DNA of 56,673 nucleotides from a virus. Taxonomy: Duplodnaviria; Caudoviricetes. Position 1 is the first letter of the stretch, and every line of letters begins with the position of its first letter. The position numbers and the translations under genes were made by a program. This document shows positions 1-10,160 of this stretch, piece by piece. The stretch is from positions 1-56,673 of IMG/VR virus record IMGVR_UViG_3300036851_000348. One strand, 5' to 3'. The notes below the pieces were generated by a model, which saw only the letters and a list, made by a program, of their open reading frames with translations, was not told the origin of the DNA and ran no database searches.

Positions 1-127
1 GAAGTTTCGTCCTCATCCATCGCCTCCTCCGCGCTTGATGCGCGGTAGGCGATAATGTTGAAACCTGATTCGAACGCTTGTCAACGCCCCGCGCGTAGGT
101 CACACTCGGTTCCGGTGATGGAAACAC
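1..127. repeat. Terminal direct repeat (copy at 56547-56673); circular assembly overlap
   Basis: The first 127 nt are identical to the last 127 nt; 127 is a common maximal assembler k-mer. Confidence 0.95.
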
Positions 128-241
128 CGAAACCGAAGGCACGCTGCACGGCAGAGCCACGCGCTGGTATGCATTGTTTGGTGGGGTCCTGCGGGGCATT
201 GTTAGGTAGCGCACGGTAAGGCAAACCACGGAACCTCAAAC

Positions 242-297
242 GGGCCGCTTCGGCGGCCCTTCTCATGTCGGGGCCGCCGAAGCGGCCCCTTTCTTTT
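242..297 (+). terminator. Double hairpin / intrinsic terminator upstream of the tail-fibre gene
   Basis: GGGCCGCTTCGGCGGCCC (242-259) and its exact reverse complement (271-288), followed by CTTTCTTTT. Confidence 0.6.
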
Positions 298-311
298 GTG
301 GAGATCGAAGC

Positions 312-1265
312 GTGGCATCGGTAACGGTCGACAGAAGGAGGGGTCTCGACGCGAGCATCGCCGTCAAGGTTCCCGTTCTCTACGCAAGCACGGGCAATCT
401 CACTTCCCTCGCCGGCTCGACGCAGGTCATCGACGGCGTCACGGCGAGCTCGGGGCGGATTCTCGTCTGGGTCCAGAACACGACGTCGGAAAACGGCGTT
501 TACGACATCGACAGTACGTGGACCCGGGCGCTCGACTTCGACTCCTCGTCCGACGTGGCGATGGGAAGCCTGGTCTACGTCACGTCGGGTGGCACCGCGT
601 ACGGCAACACCTTCTTCATCGTGACGTCGACGGCCCCCAAGCCCGGCTCGACCACCATGACGTTCGCCCAGCGCACCAACGAGTTCGTCGGGGCGAGCGC
701 CTTCGGCTCGACGTTCGTCAGCCTGGCGTCCGCGGCGACGGCGCGCGACTTCCTCAGCGCCATGGCCTCGACCGCGGCGCTCGGCTCGACCCTGGCGTGG
801 GGCTCGATTTTCACCGGCTCGTCCAACTCGACGGCGGAAAGCTTGGCGGTCGGGGCGTCGGGGGCGCAGCTCTATTCCTCCGGCTCATCCGTCTTCTGGT
901 CGACGGTCGCGTACTTCGCCGGGAGCTTCACCCATGCGGCGAGCTCCTCGGGCACCCAGGCCGTGACCGGCGTCGGCTTCAAGCCGAAGTGCGTCTTCTT
1001 CCTCGCCAACATCTCGGGCGGGGTGGGCAAGGCGTCGTGGGGCTTCGACACCACGGCCGCCGCCCTCACGCTCGCCGACTACGGCGCGACCTCGACCGGG
1101 CTCTACTCGCCGCTCGGCACCGGCTCGATAAACATGGTGCACGCGACGACCTTGCAGACCGCGGCGAACATCCAATCGATGGACGCCGACGGCTACACGC
1201 TCAACTGGACCATCACCGGCATCCCGACCGGGACGGTAACCGCCTACTATCTCGCGATGAGGTAA
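312..1265 (+). CDS. Tail fibre / virion surface protein
   Basis: N-terminal IDGVT..GRILV..Q..SENGVY..WTRA.DFD motif typical of phage fibre head domains; Ser/Thr/Gly-rich; C-terminal GVGFKPK beta-domain. Confidence 0.7.
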   Translation: MASVTVDRRRGLDASIAVKVPVLYASTGNLTSLAGSTQVIDGVTASSGRILVWVQNTTSENGVYDIDSTWTRALDFDSSSDVAMGSLVYVTSGGTAYGNTFFIVTSTAPKPGSTTMTFAQRTNEFVGASAFGSTFVSLASAATARDFLSAMASTAALGSTLAWGSIFTGSSNSTAESLAVGASGAQLYSSGSSVFWSTVAYFAGSFTHAASSSGTQAVTGVGFKPKCVFFLANISGGVGKASWGFDTTAAALTLADYGATSTGLYSPLGTGSINMVHATTLQTAANIQSMDADGYTLNWTITGIPTGTVTAYYLAMR

Positions 1266-1272
1266 CGACGAC

Positions 1273-1554
1273 ATGGGTATCGCCGCCATCCAGAAATCGA
1301 CCGGCCGGCCGATCGAGTGGCAACAGTCGGCGCGCGCCGGGACGTGCCGAGCGAATGCAATCGCCGCAGGGTTCGATCCGGCCGACGTGGAAGAGCGCAC
1401 GCTGACGCTCGTCGAGTTCCAAGCCCTCGCCGCGCCGTTCGAACCGCCGCCGCCGCCCAAGCGCGACACGCTCGCCGAACTGGACGCGTTGCGGAAGGCG
1501 CTCATCAGGAAATTGCTGGTGACCCAAGCCGAGATCGACGCCGAGAAAACTTGA
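1273..1554 (+). CDS. Hypothetical protein, possible tail-fibre chaperone
   Basis: Directly downstream of the fibre gene; phage-like codon usage. Confidence 0.45.
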   Translation: MGIAAIQKSTGRPIEWQQSARAGTCRANAIAAGFDPADVEERTLTLVEFQALAAPFEPPPPPKRDTLAELDALRKALIRKLLVTQAEIDAEKT

Positions 1555-1625
1555 CGCGCAACCCCTTGCGGGTTTAACGACGCGATGACGACTCGTTTCG
1601 TCAGCGCAATGAAAGAGGTTTGACC

Positions 1626-1727
1626 ATGAAGACCGCACGCAAAACCAAACCCAAGACGAAGGCGAAGGCCAAGACCAAGCGCAAGACGTTCGCGCGCTCG
1701 AGCGCGCCACGGCGCAAGGCCGCCTAG
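1626..1727 (+). CDS. 33-aa very basic peptide (MKTARKTKPKTKAKAKTKRKTFARSSAPRRKAA)
   Basis: Read manually; AAAGAGG RBS upstream; below the ORF-track cutoff. Confidence 0.5.
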   Translation: MKTARKTKPKTKAKAKTKRKTFARSSAPRRKAA

Positions 1728-1782
1728 GCCGCGTCGAGCTACAGAAATCGCGACGATCGATGATGTAGCCACCCAGCGCATC

Positions 1783-2094
1783 ATGAGTGTCGCCAAACTC
1801 GCCGCTGCCCTGACCGGGGCAGCGGTTCTTTTTTGGGCCGGCGAAGTCGTCGGACAAGCCCGCTGCTTTCCGCGCGCCGAGGTCGCCGGCGTGCTCGCCG
1901 AGACCCACCACGAGCGCCAGGTCGCCGCCGGCACTTCGGGCGAAGGCGACGAGATGGTGGTGGTCGAGGTATGGGCGTCGGCTTCGGGAACCTTCTCGAT
2001 CTTCGTCACCACGGCCGCGGGCCAATCGTGCCCGCTGTTCGGCGGCGAGAACTTCAGTGTCAAGCTTTTCCGTCCCCCGACCGAAAGCCACTGA
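1783..2094 (+). CDS. Hypothetical exported protein
   Basis: Signal-peptide-like N-terminus; C..R ... GTFSIFVT..G.SC motif. Confidence 0.5.
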   Translation: MSVAKLAAALTGAAVLFWAGEVVGQARCFPRAEVAGVLAETHHERQVAAGTSGEGDEMVVVEVWASASGTFSIFVTTAAGQSCPLFGGENFSVKLFRPPTESH

Positions 2095-2310
2095 CGTGAA
2101 AACCCGCTACGTCCGGAACGCCGAATTTCGTACCGCCGGATTCACGAAGGAAGCCCGGAAGTATCCGCTCCCACGTCACGTCTGGGAGTGGCTTTGCCGC
2201 TGGAACGGCATCCGCCCCGATCAATGCCCGAGCCCAGCGTGGTGCTACGCGCCGAACGCCTCGATGCGGGCGTATCTCACCCAGCGGGCGGCATCCGAAA
2301 GCCGGTAGCC

Positions 2311-2520
2311 ATGGAAGTCCTCATCGCGTCGCTCGCCGCGTTGGCGGTGGCGCTCCTCGGCGCCGGCATCGTCGGGCTGGTCAATCTCAATTCCAAGGTG
2401 GCGTCGCTGGTGACTGCGGTCGAAGGTTTGGCGGTACGCTTCGGCGACCACAAGGAAGAGGACGAGCGGCGTTTTCAACGGCTGGAGGAATCTCAATGGT
2501 CGCCATCGCGCGCGCGCTAG
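2311..2520 (+). CDS. Single-TM membrane protein, holin-like
   Basis: N-terminal TM helix plus coiled-coil charged tail; lies in the lysis region. Confidence 0.45.
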   Translation: MEVLIASLAALAVALLGAGIVGLVNLNSKVASLVTAVEGLAVRFGDHKEEDERRFQRLEESQWSPSRAR

Positions 2521-2998
2521 AGCCCAACCCGGACCGCTACGTTCACCTCAGACGTCTCACAGTTGGTCGCCGGAATCTTCCGGTGCCCTCGCCCAAGCGC
2601 GGCTCATGGGGGCCGCTCGGCGCCAAATCCTCGCGCCAGCGGGTCGACGTTCTTCTCCCCTACGGCTTTGCCGTCCACCTGCGGGACGTGGCGCCGTTCG
2701 CCGACAAGTTCGTCGCCTCCTACCGCCAGGTGCTGCGCCAGTTCCTCGACCGGCGGTTCGTCGCCGTCGACGAGATCATGGATCTCCTGCGCGTCAGGGG
2801 GCCGGATGCGCTGCACGAGGTCGAGGCGTGCATATTGGAGCTGAAGCGGGCGCTCGCCGGCGGCTGGCAGATCAGCCGGATGACAGGCGGCGGCTTCGCG
2901 CTGGCGCAAGCGGCGTGCCCGGCGCCGTCGCACCGCCGCCCCAAGTTCGACACCTACCGCGAGATCGACGAGCACACCAACATTCGCGGCGAAAAGGA

Positions 2999-3313
2999 AT
3001 GAGCCTCAAAGCCGGCGTCCGCATCCAGGGCGTTTCCACCGAACTGACCTTCGCCATGTGGATCGTCGCCGAGGTGTTCCGCGACAACAACATTCCGCTG
3101 GTGGTGACGAGCTGCGTCGAAGGAACGCACACCCGGGGCTCCGAGCATTACCAGGGGAACGCGATCGACCTCCGCACCCGCGACATGCCGGCCGACAAGG
3201 TCAAGTACGTTCGGGACGTGCTGGCGCAGCGGCTCGGGGCGGATTTCCAGATCCTCGTCGAGAAAGACCATCTGCACGTCGGCTATTTCCCGACCGCGCC
3301 CATCGCGCCCTAA
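2999..3313 (+). CDS. Endolysin, peptidase M15-like Zn peptidase
   Basis: VTS..G.H..GS.HY.GNAIDLR and DHLHV motifs (LAS-type H, D, H zinc ligands); AAGGA RBS. Confidence 0.75.
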   Translation: MSLKAGVRIQGVSTELTFAMWIVAEVFRDNNIPLVVTSCVEGTHTRGSEHYQGNAIDLRTRDMPADKVKYVRDVLAQRLGADFQILVEKDHLHVGYFPTAPIAP

Positions 3314-3371
3314 ACCCGAAGCCGCAATGCTCCTGGGCGACCCGCTGCCGCACCAACTGAAGGACCCGATC

Positions 3372-3536
3372 ATGACCCGCTCGCAGTTTTCCGGCGTCGC
3401 CCGCGCCGTCCTCGCCTATGTCGCCGGTATGGGCGTCGCCAAGGGCTGGCTCCCGGCCGAAGGACTGAACGAAGCCGTCTCCGGCTTGGCGCTTCTCCTG
3501 ACCGCCTGGTGGTCCGTCAACTCGAACCGGGCGTGA
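3372..3536 (+). CDS. Putative holin with 2 TM helices
   Basis: 54 aa, two hydrophobic segments ending in WS..; adjacent to the endolysin. Confidence 0.6.
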   Translation: MTRSQFSGVARAVLAYVAGMGVAKGWLPAEGLNEAVSGLALLLTAWWSVNSNRA

Positions 3537-3540
3537 GCCG

Positions 3541-3843
3541 ATGACCCGAATATTTTCCGGAATATTTGTCGCGGCTTTCCTCGCGCTCGCCGCCTGCGCC
3601 AGCCACCCGCTCGTCACCCTGGCCCAGCGCTGCGACGAGCTGGCCGCCGCCGTCAACATCGCCAGCGTCCACCGTGCCGCCGGCAAGCTCACGCCGAGCC
3701 AGGTTCAGTCCGTGCTCGCCTCCGAGCCGGTGGCAAAAACGCTGTGCAACAAGGCGACGCCGCCGCTCGATCCGACGACCGCCATCGGGCGCGTCGCGGA
3801 CATGCTCGACCAGATCGCTCTCATCAATTCGGGGATTCGCTGA
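3541..3843 (+). CDS. Lipoprotein, possible spanin component
   Basis: Lipobox LAAC after a hydrophobic stretch; lysis cassette context. Confidence 0.55.
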   Translation: MTRIFSGIFVAAFLALAACASHPLVTLAQRCDELAAAVNIASVHRAAGKLTPSQVQSVLASEPVAKTLCNKATPPLDPTTAIGRVADMLDQIALINSGIR

Positions 3844-4019
3844 TGGACACCGCCGCGCAATCGCTCGTTCTGCTGCTGTCGCTCGGGCTCCGGACCTACG
3901 AGCATTACCAATCCGGCGAGCTCACCGAAGAGCAGGCCAAGGCGATCTATGACGCCGCAGTGGATCGGCTGAACCAGGCGTACGAGAACTTCAGGAACGC
4001 GGGGCCGGCGGTAGGGTAG
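3843..4019 (+). CDS. Small lysis-cassette protein
   Basis: TGATG overlap with the lipoprotein gene. Confidence 0.45.
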   Translation: MDTAAQSLVLLLSLGLRTYEHYQSGELTEEQAKAIYDAAVDRLNQAYENFRNAGPAVG

Positions 4020-4114
4020 GCAACGCGGACCATATCCGACGGCCGTCGAACATGCTGTGACGGCGCGGAAATGATGCGACGGCTGTCGCGATGGTGCTCG
4101 GGGGTTAAGCCGCG

Positions 4115-4188
4115 TGGCGAGGCCGCAAGGATTTGAACCTCAATTCCCGGAGTCAAATTCCGGTGTCCTACCGTTGAACGACGGCCCC
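4115..4188 (-). tRNA. tRNA-Gln (anticodon TTG) with encoded CCA
   Basis: GGGGCCG/CGGCCTC acceptor stem, GTTC/GGAC D-arm, CCGGA-ATTTGAC-TCCGG anticodon arm, GGTTCAAATCC T-arm, 3' GCCA. Confidence 0.85.
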
Positions 4189-4821
4189 TTACACAAAGTC
4201 TCGATGCTTTAGCTTGGTGATGATGCGTTGGCCGTTGCGCGCGATGAGTTCCGTTGCGGGCCGCGCGACGATGCCCTCGGCGGCGAACTGGCCCCATTGC
4301 GACTCAAGGCCGCGCACGGTTCGGTTCACCATGTCCTCGATGGTGCCGCGTCCGATGATGGGCACAACATCGAGTCCTAGCTTTTGCGCCACGTCCTCGA
4401 CGTTCGCCCGCTCCAGCCACCACATGCCGACGCGCACATCGAACAGCACGAAATCCGCGTCTGGCCGATAGTTGCCGCCACCCTTCTGGATGCGCGCTCC
4501 GTAACCCTCGCCGTAGAGAACTCCGCCGTCAGGAAACATCTCGGCAAGACGCGCTGCTTGTGGTAGAAATCTTTCTTGCAAGCGCGCGACAAGAAATGCG
4601 GGTATTTGGGCATCGTCCGTGCGGCCCCCGAACGTGATGGAACCGCCAGTCGGCGGGACGATCACCCGAATGTTGGTGCCGTCCACCTTCTCGGTGAACA
4701 CCCATTCGTTGCGCGCCAGGTAGGCGAATTCCGGCCGTGCAAACTCTCCGATCAATAGCGTTTTGAATTTTGTCTCGGGATTGCGCTTAAAAACAGTTTC
4801 GATCTTGTGATACCGGCTCAT
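4189..4821 (-). CDS. ATP-dependent RNA ligase (Rnl2-like nucleotidyltransferase)
   Basis: Motif I EKVDGTN, III LYGEGYG, IIIa FVLFDV, IV EGIV, V KLK. Confidence 0.85.
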   Translation of the reverse strand: MSRYHKIETVFKRNPETKFKTLLIGEFARPEFAYLARNEWVFTEKVDGTNIRVIVPPTGGSITFGGRTDDAQIPAFLVARLQERFLPQAARLAEMFPDGGVLYGEGYGARIQKGGGNYRPDADFVLFDVRVGMWWLERANVEDVAQKLGLDVVPIIGRGTIEDMVNRTVRGLESQWGQFAAEGIVARPATELIARNGQRIITKLKHRDFV

Positions 4822-5126
4822 GTCATCTCCGCGATAAACGCCGCGAGGGCGGCGCGCATGGCTGCGCGCTGTTTTTCGCGCCCGATCTCTCCAAAGCCAC
4901 AAGCATCTATAAACACTCGATTGGCCTTCTCGACATGCTCCTCCGTTAGCACGAAGGCGGGCGAAGCGGCGAGCATGGCGCGGTACGAGTTGCTGGGCGA
5001 TGCGCTAAGCCCCGGCACGTGTAGCGGATAGGAGCCGTCGCCGAGGTCCATCGGGATCGTCGGCCATTTGCCGGCTTCGTACATTTCTGGCGTTGGCTCG
5101 CACGGCACGATCTTCCACTTGGTCAT
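4818..5126 (-). CDS. Phage hypothetical protein
   Basis: VP.EPT.EM ... YRAMLAASP motif common in small phage early proteins. Confidence 0.55.
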   Translation of the reverse strand: MTKWKIVPCEPTPEMYEAGKWPTIPMDLGDGSYPLHVPGLSASPSNSYRAMLAASPAFVLTEEHVEKANRVFIDACGFGEIGREKQRAAMRAALAAFIAEMT

Positions 5127-6597
5127 GTCCCCTCCGGGTCGAGCAGGGCGGCGGCTTCGCGGAGCACCCCGTGGGCGATTTGTGCGGGCATATTGAAAGG
5201 CCGGTTATGGCCCGCAGCTTCCCGTAAAGTCGCAGCGATGAGTTTCCGTCTTGGGTCTGCGAGCGCCTTGAGAACGGGGAGGGAAAGGACGGCGTCGGCT
5301 TGTCCGAGCCGCACCTGCTTCACATGAGAATATCGCGATCGGGTCAGAACCTCGTCGAACGGCACTTGTGCGTATTCGTCCCATGCGTCGCTAGCCCGCT
5401 CGTGTATCGCCCGCGCGATGGCCTCGCGCAGCCCATCATTCATTTGCGGTCCCCTAGCTGTCAGGCGGCGCCCGATCCATGAGTTCGCGCGGGATTTTCC
5501 GCATCTCGCCTTCCATCCAGTCGCCGAGAGCTTTGGCGCTGTCCCAGCGGCGCGCATAGTAACAGGCGTCATCCAGGATCGTCGTCAGCCGTCGCGCGAG
5601 ATGCCACGCATCTTGATTGTCGCTCATTCCAGGTCGCCTTCCTGGAGCGCGGCGAGGGCGGCATCGGCCAGCTTACCGAGATCGACGAGCGAACGCTGTA
5701 ATTCGGGCCATCGCTTATCGTCGATGCCGATCCACTGGCCGACGTTGTAGCCGATGTTTCCGGCCGCCCTCGCCACCGCCCGCAGGCGCTCGACGCGGGC
5801 CTCGGCGGCTTCGGCTCGCTCGCGCAAGGCCGTCATGCTGCCGGGCGGTGCTACATAGCCGCGATGCTCGAATTGGCAGCGTTCGATCTCCGCCGCTTGG
5901 CGTTCGATCTCCGCATCGGCAATCTCAAGATCGCGCACAGCTTCCTCGCGCGCCCGATCATGTACTGCGATCTCCGCCGTCAGCCGCTCGATCAGGGCGG
6001 CGGCATATCTCAATATGATTGCAGCTTGCTCGCGCTCGTTAACTAAACCGTTGACTTCGACGCCAGCCGCCATGCCAATTAGACGCTGCGCTACTTGTCC
6101 CGGTGTCGATGCGGCAAGATTGCGCCCTACGCATTCTGAATCGTTTGGTCCCCAGCTTGCCAATTCCTCATCCGTCATGGCGCGCTCTCCGGATAGCATC
6201 GGCGGTCTTCGATACGGCGCGTATCCTTGGATAGTCGTTCGGTCTGACGTGCAGCTCGGCTTTGATAGCTGCGACCTCGCGGGCGCGGCTTGCCCGACAG
6301 GCCGGACAAACATGGAGCGGTTTCGCACCGTACGCGGTGAACCACTCCCATCCTTTATTGGCCTGGAAATCAAACACGCTCGGCAGCACCCTACCGCACG
6401 CAAACAGGCAGGGATGTGGTCCTTCTGGAGGCTCATCTCGGTAGCTGCGTTTCGTCATGGCGCGCTCCCCTTCCTCTTCTTCGGCCTCGGCAGCAGCGCC
6501 TCCACGGTCTTACGCATTCGGAACGCCGCAAGATGCCACACCAACGCGGCGCGTTCGGCTGGCGTCAGGTTGAAGTCCTCGACTAGCTCATCGAATG

Positions 6598-6993
6598 TCA
6601 TGGCGCGCTCTTCGGCGGCGGGGGAGGGATATCCATCCAATGCGTGACGTGACATGCACCGTCGGTCGGATTGGTGGGCTTCTGCCCCGCAGGGACTGTG
6701 CTTTCCCAACAGTGATTATTGCCGCCGATTAGTCTTTTGACGGCCACGCGGCAGTCGCCGCTTTTCTCCGCAAGCGGTCTAAATACGAGTGCCTTTCTTC
6801 CATCCTTCGGCGCGGTTTCGATCGTCCGCCACTCCCGCTCGGCACGCGCCCGATCGAGGGCGGCAGCGATGGCATTCAGCAGCAATTCTTGTGCGCGGCG
6901 ACCGGGAAGATGCGGGCTAAACCGATCTTCTTCATGTTGCGCAACGATCTCCCGCGCCTCTGCGAGCGCCGCCGCGGTGGGGGTGCCGGTCAT
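6598..6993 (-). CDS. DUF551-like phage protein
   Basis: EWRTIETAPKDG ... THWMDIPPPP. Confidence 0.6.
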   Translation of the reverse strand: MTGTPTAAALAEAREIVAQHEEDRFSPHLPGRRAQELLLNAIAAALDRARAEREWRTIETAPKDGRKALVFRPLAEKSGDCRVAVKRLIGGNNHCWESTVPAGQKPTNPTDGACHVTHWMDIPPPPPKSAP

Positions 6994-7431
6994 GGCTCGA
7001 ATCTCATGAGCAAAGCGATGACGACAGTCGCCAGCATCAGCCCCGGCGCCAGCCAGAAAGTCCAATGCGGCTTCTGATCGCTCCAACCGTAGGCGTAGCG
7101 GGAAAACTCCGATTTTGGTCCTCGCTTGCTCATGGTTGCTTCGGCTCCTCAAGGGCGCGAAGAGCGGCTTCGATTGCAGCATCGTAGCCAAGGTCCCACT
7201 CGCCTGATGGATGGTCGCCTTTGAGTCGCCGTATATTCTCCGCTGCCGCCTCTCTCCCGGCCGCGAAGCCGGCGTGGCGCTGGCGGGCAAGGGCGTCTAT
7301 GATTGTGTCTGTTAAGGCGTCGCAAGACGTGCCATGCATTACATCGCTACACCGCGCACTCCATACTTCATGCGCGATCTCCCGCGCCTCCTCCGCCACC
7401 CCGGCGGGCGGGCTGTCGGGATGTGCAGCAG

Positions 7432-7860
7432 TCATGGTTGTCTCCGTGATTCGTGAAGAACTTTATTCTCGGCGTGACATTGTTTGCATTGACGACCGCG
7501 CCCATCGGGACGGACGTACACATTGTTGCCCTGGAACAAGTGGCCACGAATGCAACGATTGCCGCGCGCTTCAATGATGCGCGCCTGCTGGCGCCGACAG
7601 TTTTCTTGATGTGTGACGGCTTCAACGTGCGCTGGATTTACGCAGGATCGAACGCGGCACTTGTGATCTGCCTCCAATGATGGAGGGAAAGGACCTATAT
7701 AAAGTTCGTAAGCGACGATGTGTGCTGGAACACGCTGCTCGCCTAAACGAAGACGGCCGTACCCGTCCCTATCCAAAGTGCCAAGCCATAGCCAACAACC
7801 AGAATTAGGTTCTGGAATCCACTTTGCCTCAAATGCAGATTGTGAGGGCCGGGCCATCAT
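7432..7860 (-). CDS. HNH endonuclease
   Basis: GCWLWLG..DGYG..AH..Y..DHKCRVRSCVNPAHVE.VT..EN; C-terminal C..GH..C..C. Confidence 0.85.
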   Translation of the reverse strand: MMARPSQSAFEAKWIPEPNSGCWLWLGTLDRDGYGRLRLGEQRVPAHIVAYELYIGPFPPSLEADHKCRVRSCVNPAHVEAVTHQENCRRQQARIIEARGNRCIRGHLFQGNNVYVRPDGRGRQCKQCHAENKVLHESRRQP

Positions 7861-8161
7861 TCGCTCACCACCTTCTTTGGCCCGGCCCCCGTTACGGGTC
7901 TGCCGTCGTCGGTTCCTGTCTTGGAGAGTACGGCGGATTCGTGGCTATCACCTCCTTTCGGGCGCAACGCACGGGCGGCCTCGCGTAGCAATCCGACTGC
8001 ATCGGAAATCAACTGCGTGCCGAGGCTATATTTGTAACTGGCGAAGGCAACCTCTACGTCCCGCGCATGGTTCTCCAGCCGCTCGGGTAGGTCGCTCACG
8101 GGTAGGCACTCCTTAATGTCCAGCGAATGTCGCTGACCACAGCAAGCGCATAGACTGTCGC

Positions 8162-8710
8162 TCACGGGTCTAGTCTCCCCTCCATCAATGGCAGCTCCGG
8201 CAATGGGCTCCGGTCGTTCGTCCATTCCGCCCACGCCGCCCCGACAGCCCCGGTGCCTGGAAACAAGTCGTGGAGCTCGTCGCCAGGCTGCGCGTTCAGC
8301 AACGCGAATATCCAGCGGCACACCTCGCGCGGCTTGGCCCCGGTCAAGCCTCGTTGCAAGGTGATCGGCTCGACGATGAAGTCGCGCACCGTCGCATCGT
8401 CTCGGGTATACTTGCGCCCGCCACGCCAGATGACCGGCTCCCACACATAGGCCGGATTGACGTTGGGCTTGTAGACCCCGAACGATTTGCACCATGCGCT
8501 GATCCGCACGTCGTCGGGGCACATGGCGAGGACGACCTTGAGGGACGGGCTATGGAGCGACAACGCCCAGCCGTCCGGATAGTCGTCGCACAGCCGCTCG
8601 ATCAACTGCCGGTGGGTTTCGGGATCGTCCCACAGAAGCGCGTCGGGATGATGGTTCTTGTAGAGACGGCCGCACCCGAGGTAGGGCGGGTCGGCAAATG
8701 CGAACCGCAT
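8162..8710 (-). CDS. DNA N6-adenine/N4-cytosine methyltransferase-like protein
   Basis: ADPPY catalytic motif and DLFPGTG SAM-binding motif. Confidence 0.75.
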   Translation of the reverse strand: MRFAFADPPYLGCGRLYKNHHPDALLWDDPETHRQLIERLCDDYPDGWALSLHSPSLKVVLAMCPDDVRISAWCKSFGVYKPNVNPAYVWEPVIWRGGRKYTRDDATVRDFIVEPITLQRGLTGAKPREVCRWIFALLNAQPGDELHDLFPGTGAVGAAWAEWTNDRSPLPELPLMEGRLDP

Positions 8711-9467
8711 CTATTGTTCCTCCGGATGCGTGCGGAGACGCGAGGCGGCTTCACGGATCAGCGGGGAAATGTCACAAATGGTGGCACGCAGCAGGCAGTC
8801 GGCCAATCGTGCGTGGGTCATCCGTGCGGGATCACCGGCTGCGTCGGCTCGTCGCATATGGGCTATTTTCAAAGCGCCCATCGCGTAATCGCGGTCCTTG
8901 TTGCTCACGGGTCTAGTCTCCCCTCTCCGGGCCACCGCCCGTCTTGATACAAGGTCATGGCTCTGTCCGCGGATCGTAAGGCAACGGCCTACCAGTAGTT
9001 GGATCTAAGTTCTCCAACTCCACGGAGCTGCATCGTGGGCAACAACGGGAGCCGATCCGAAACGGCTTTGCGACGTACCGTGCTGCGCACTTCTTGCATC
9101 GGACGATGGCCCACTGCCCACCCATCGCGTTGGCGTCAACAAGAGGCAAGACGGTCATAGCTAGTCTCCCCTCTCCGGACCGGGAAGGTCGGATCGTTCC
9201 TCTTCATAGTCGCCGTCTTCAGTGATGCCGTCGCAGTACGGGCACGGATACTCGCCGTTGTTCTCGCACACACACATGTCGCCGCCGCACAGGCAGTCAA
9301 GCCAGCCGGTGTTTTGACAATGGTCGCACCAACGCTCGCTCATGGCTGCTTCGGCTCCTCGATGGCGCGGATCAGTTCGGCCGCGAGACGGCCACATGTT
9401 CCGCCAAATTGGACAACGCAATCTCTAAGTTCCTCATCGCCGTAATCTTCCCGTCCCCGGGGGCCAT

Positions 9468-10160
9468 CTACTCCGTCCCTCTTTGTCGCAGCCATTCCTT
9501 GGCGATGTAGTGCGAGTAAGCGGGCGGGATGGCCTCGCACAGTTCGGCGAGCGTCATCCAATCGATGCCCATGGCGCGCCGGCCGTCCTCGACGGTGAAA
9601 TCGGCAACGCCCCTATCCGTCTTGCGGCGCGCGTCTCTGCACCCCTCGCCATGGATTCCGGTCGTCCGACGACGGTTACGTTGATGGCCGCCATAGACGC
9701 CGATCACATCCGCCGAACCATGCCGGCAGGGAGGCCCGAACAGCGCGAAACTCGGCTCGAAAAATCGATGCCGTCGAAGCTCGGCGCCGTCGCATCCGAG
9801 CCCGAATGACGTGCCGCATAGCTTCAGCCATCCGCGCACCGGCGCGCCTGGCACGTTCTCGATGACGTAGGGCTTGCCGCTCGCGATCAGCATCGCCCGC
9901 GTCTGCGGAATTAAGTCGGGATGCGCCCTGGCGTTCCACATGCTCTTGAGCGCGGTGTGCGCCTGGCACGGCGGGCTGGCCCAGATGAAGTTGAAATCCT
10001 CAAGCCGCACCGGCGGGTTGAGCGCGTCGGCTTGGATGAACAGATCGCCCGCGTATCTCGGCTGTTTGCGGATGTCGATGCCGGTGACGTGGAAGCCCGC
10101 CATCTGCAAGCCGCGAGCCGCCCCGCCGGCTCCGGAGAACAGATCAAGCGCCTTGAGCAC
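9468..10160 (-). CDS. DNA (cytosine-5) methyltransferase
   Basis: LDLFSGAGG (motif I), ASPPCQ (IV), ENV (VI), R.R (VIII). Confidence 0.85.
   Translation of the reverse strand: MLKALDLFSGAGGAARGLQMAGFHVTGIDIRKQPRYAGDLFIQADALNPPVRLEDFNFIWASPPCQAHTALKSMWNARAHPDLIPQTRAMLIASGKPYVIENVPGAPVRGWLKLCGTSFGLGCDGAELRRHRFFEPSFALFGPPCRHGSADVIGVYGGHQRNRRRTTGIHGEGCRDARRKTDRGVADFTVEDGRRAMGIDWMTLAELCEAIPPAYSHYIAKEWLRQRGTE

Noticed and set aside
312-1265. Diversity-generating retroelement as in BPP-1
   Set aside because: No reverse transcriptase and no TR/VR pair were seen.
4115-4188. tRNA as attP or prophage boundary
   Set aside because: There is no integrase, no duplicated tRNA 3' end and no flanking host genes.
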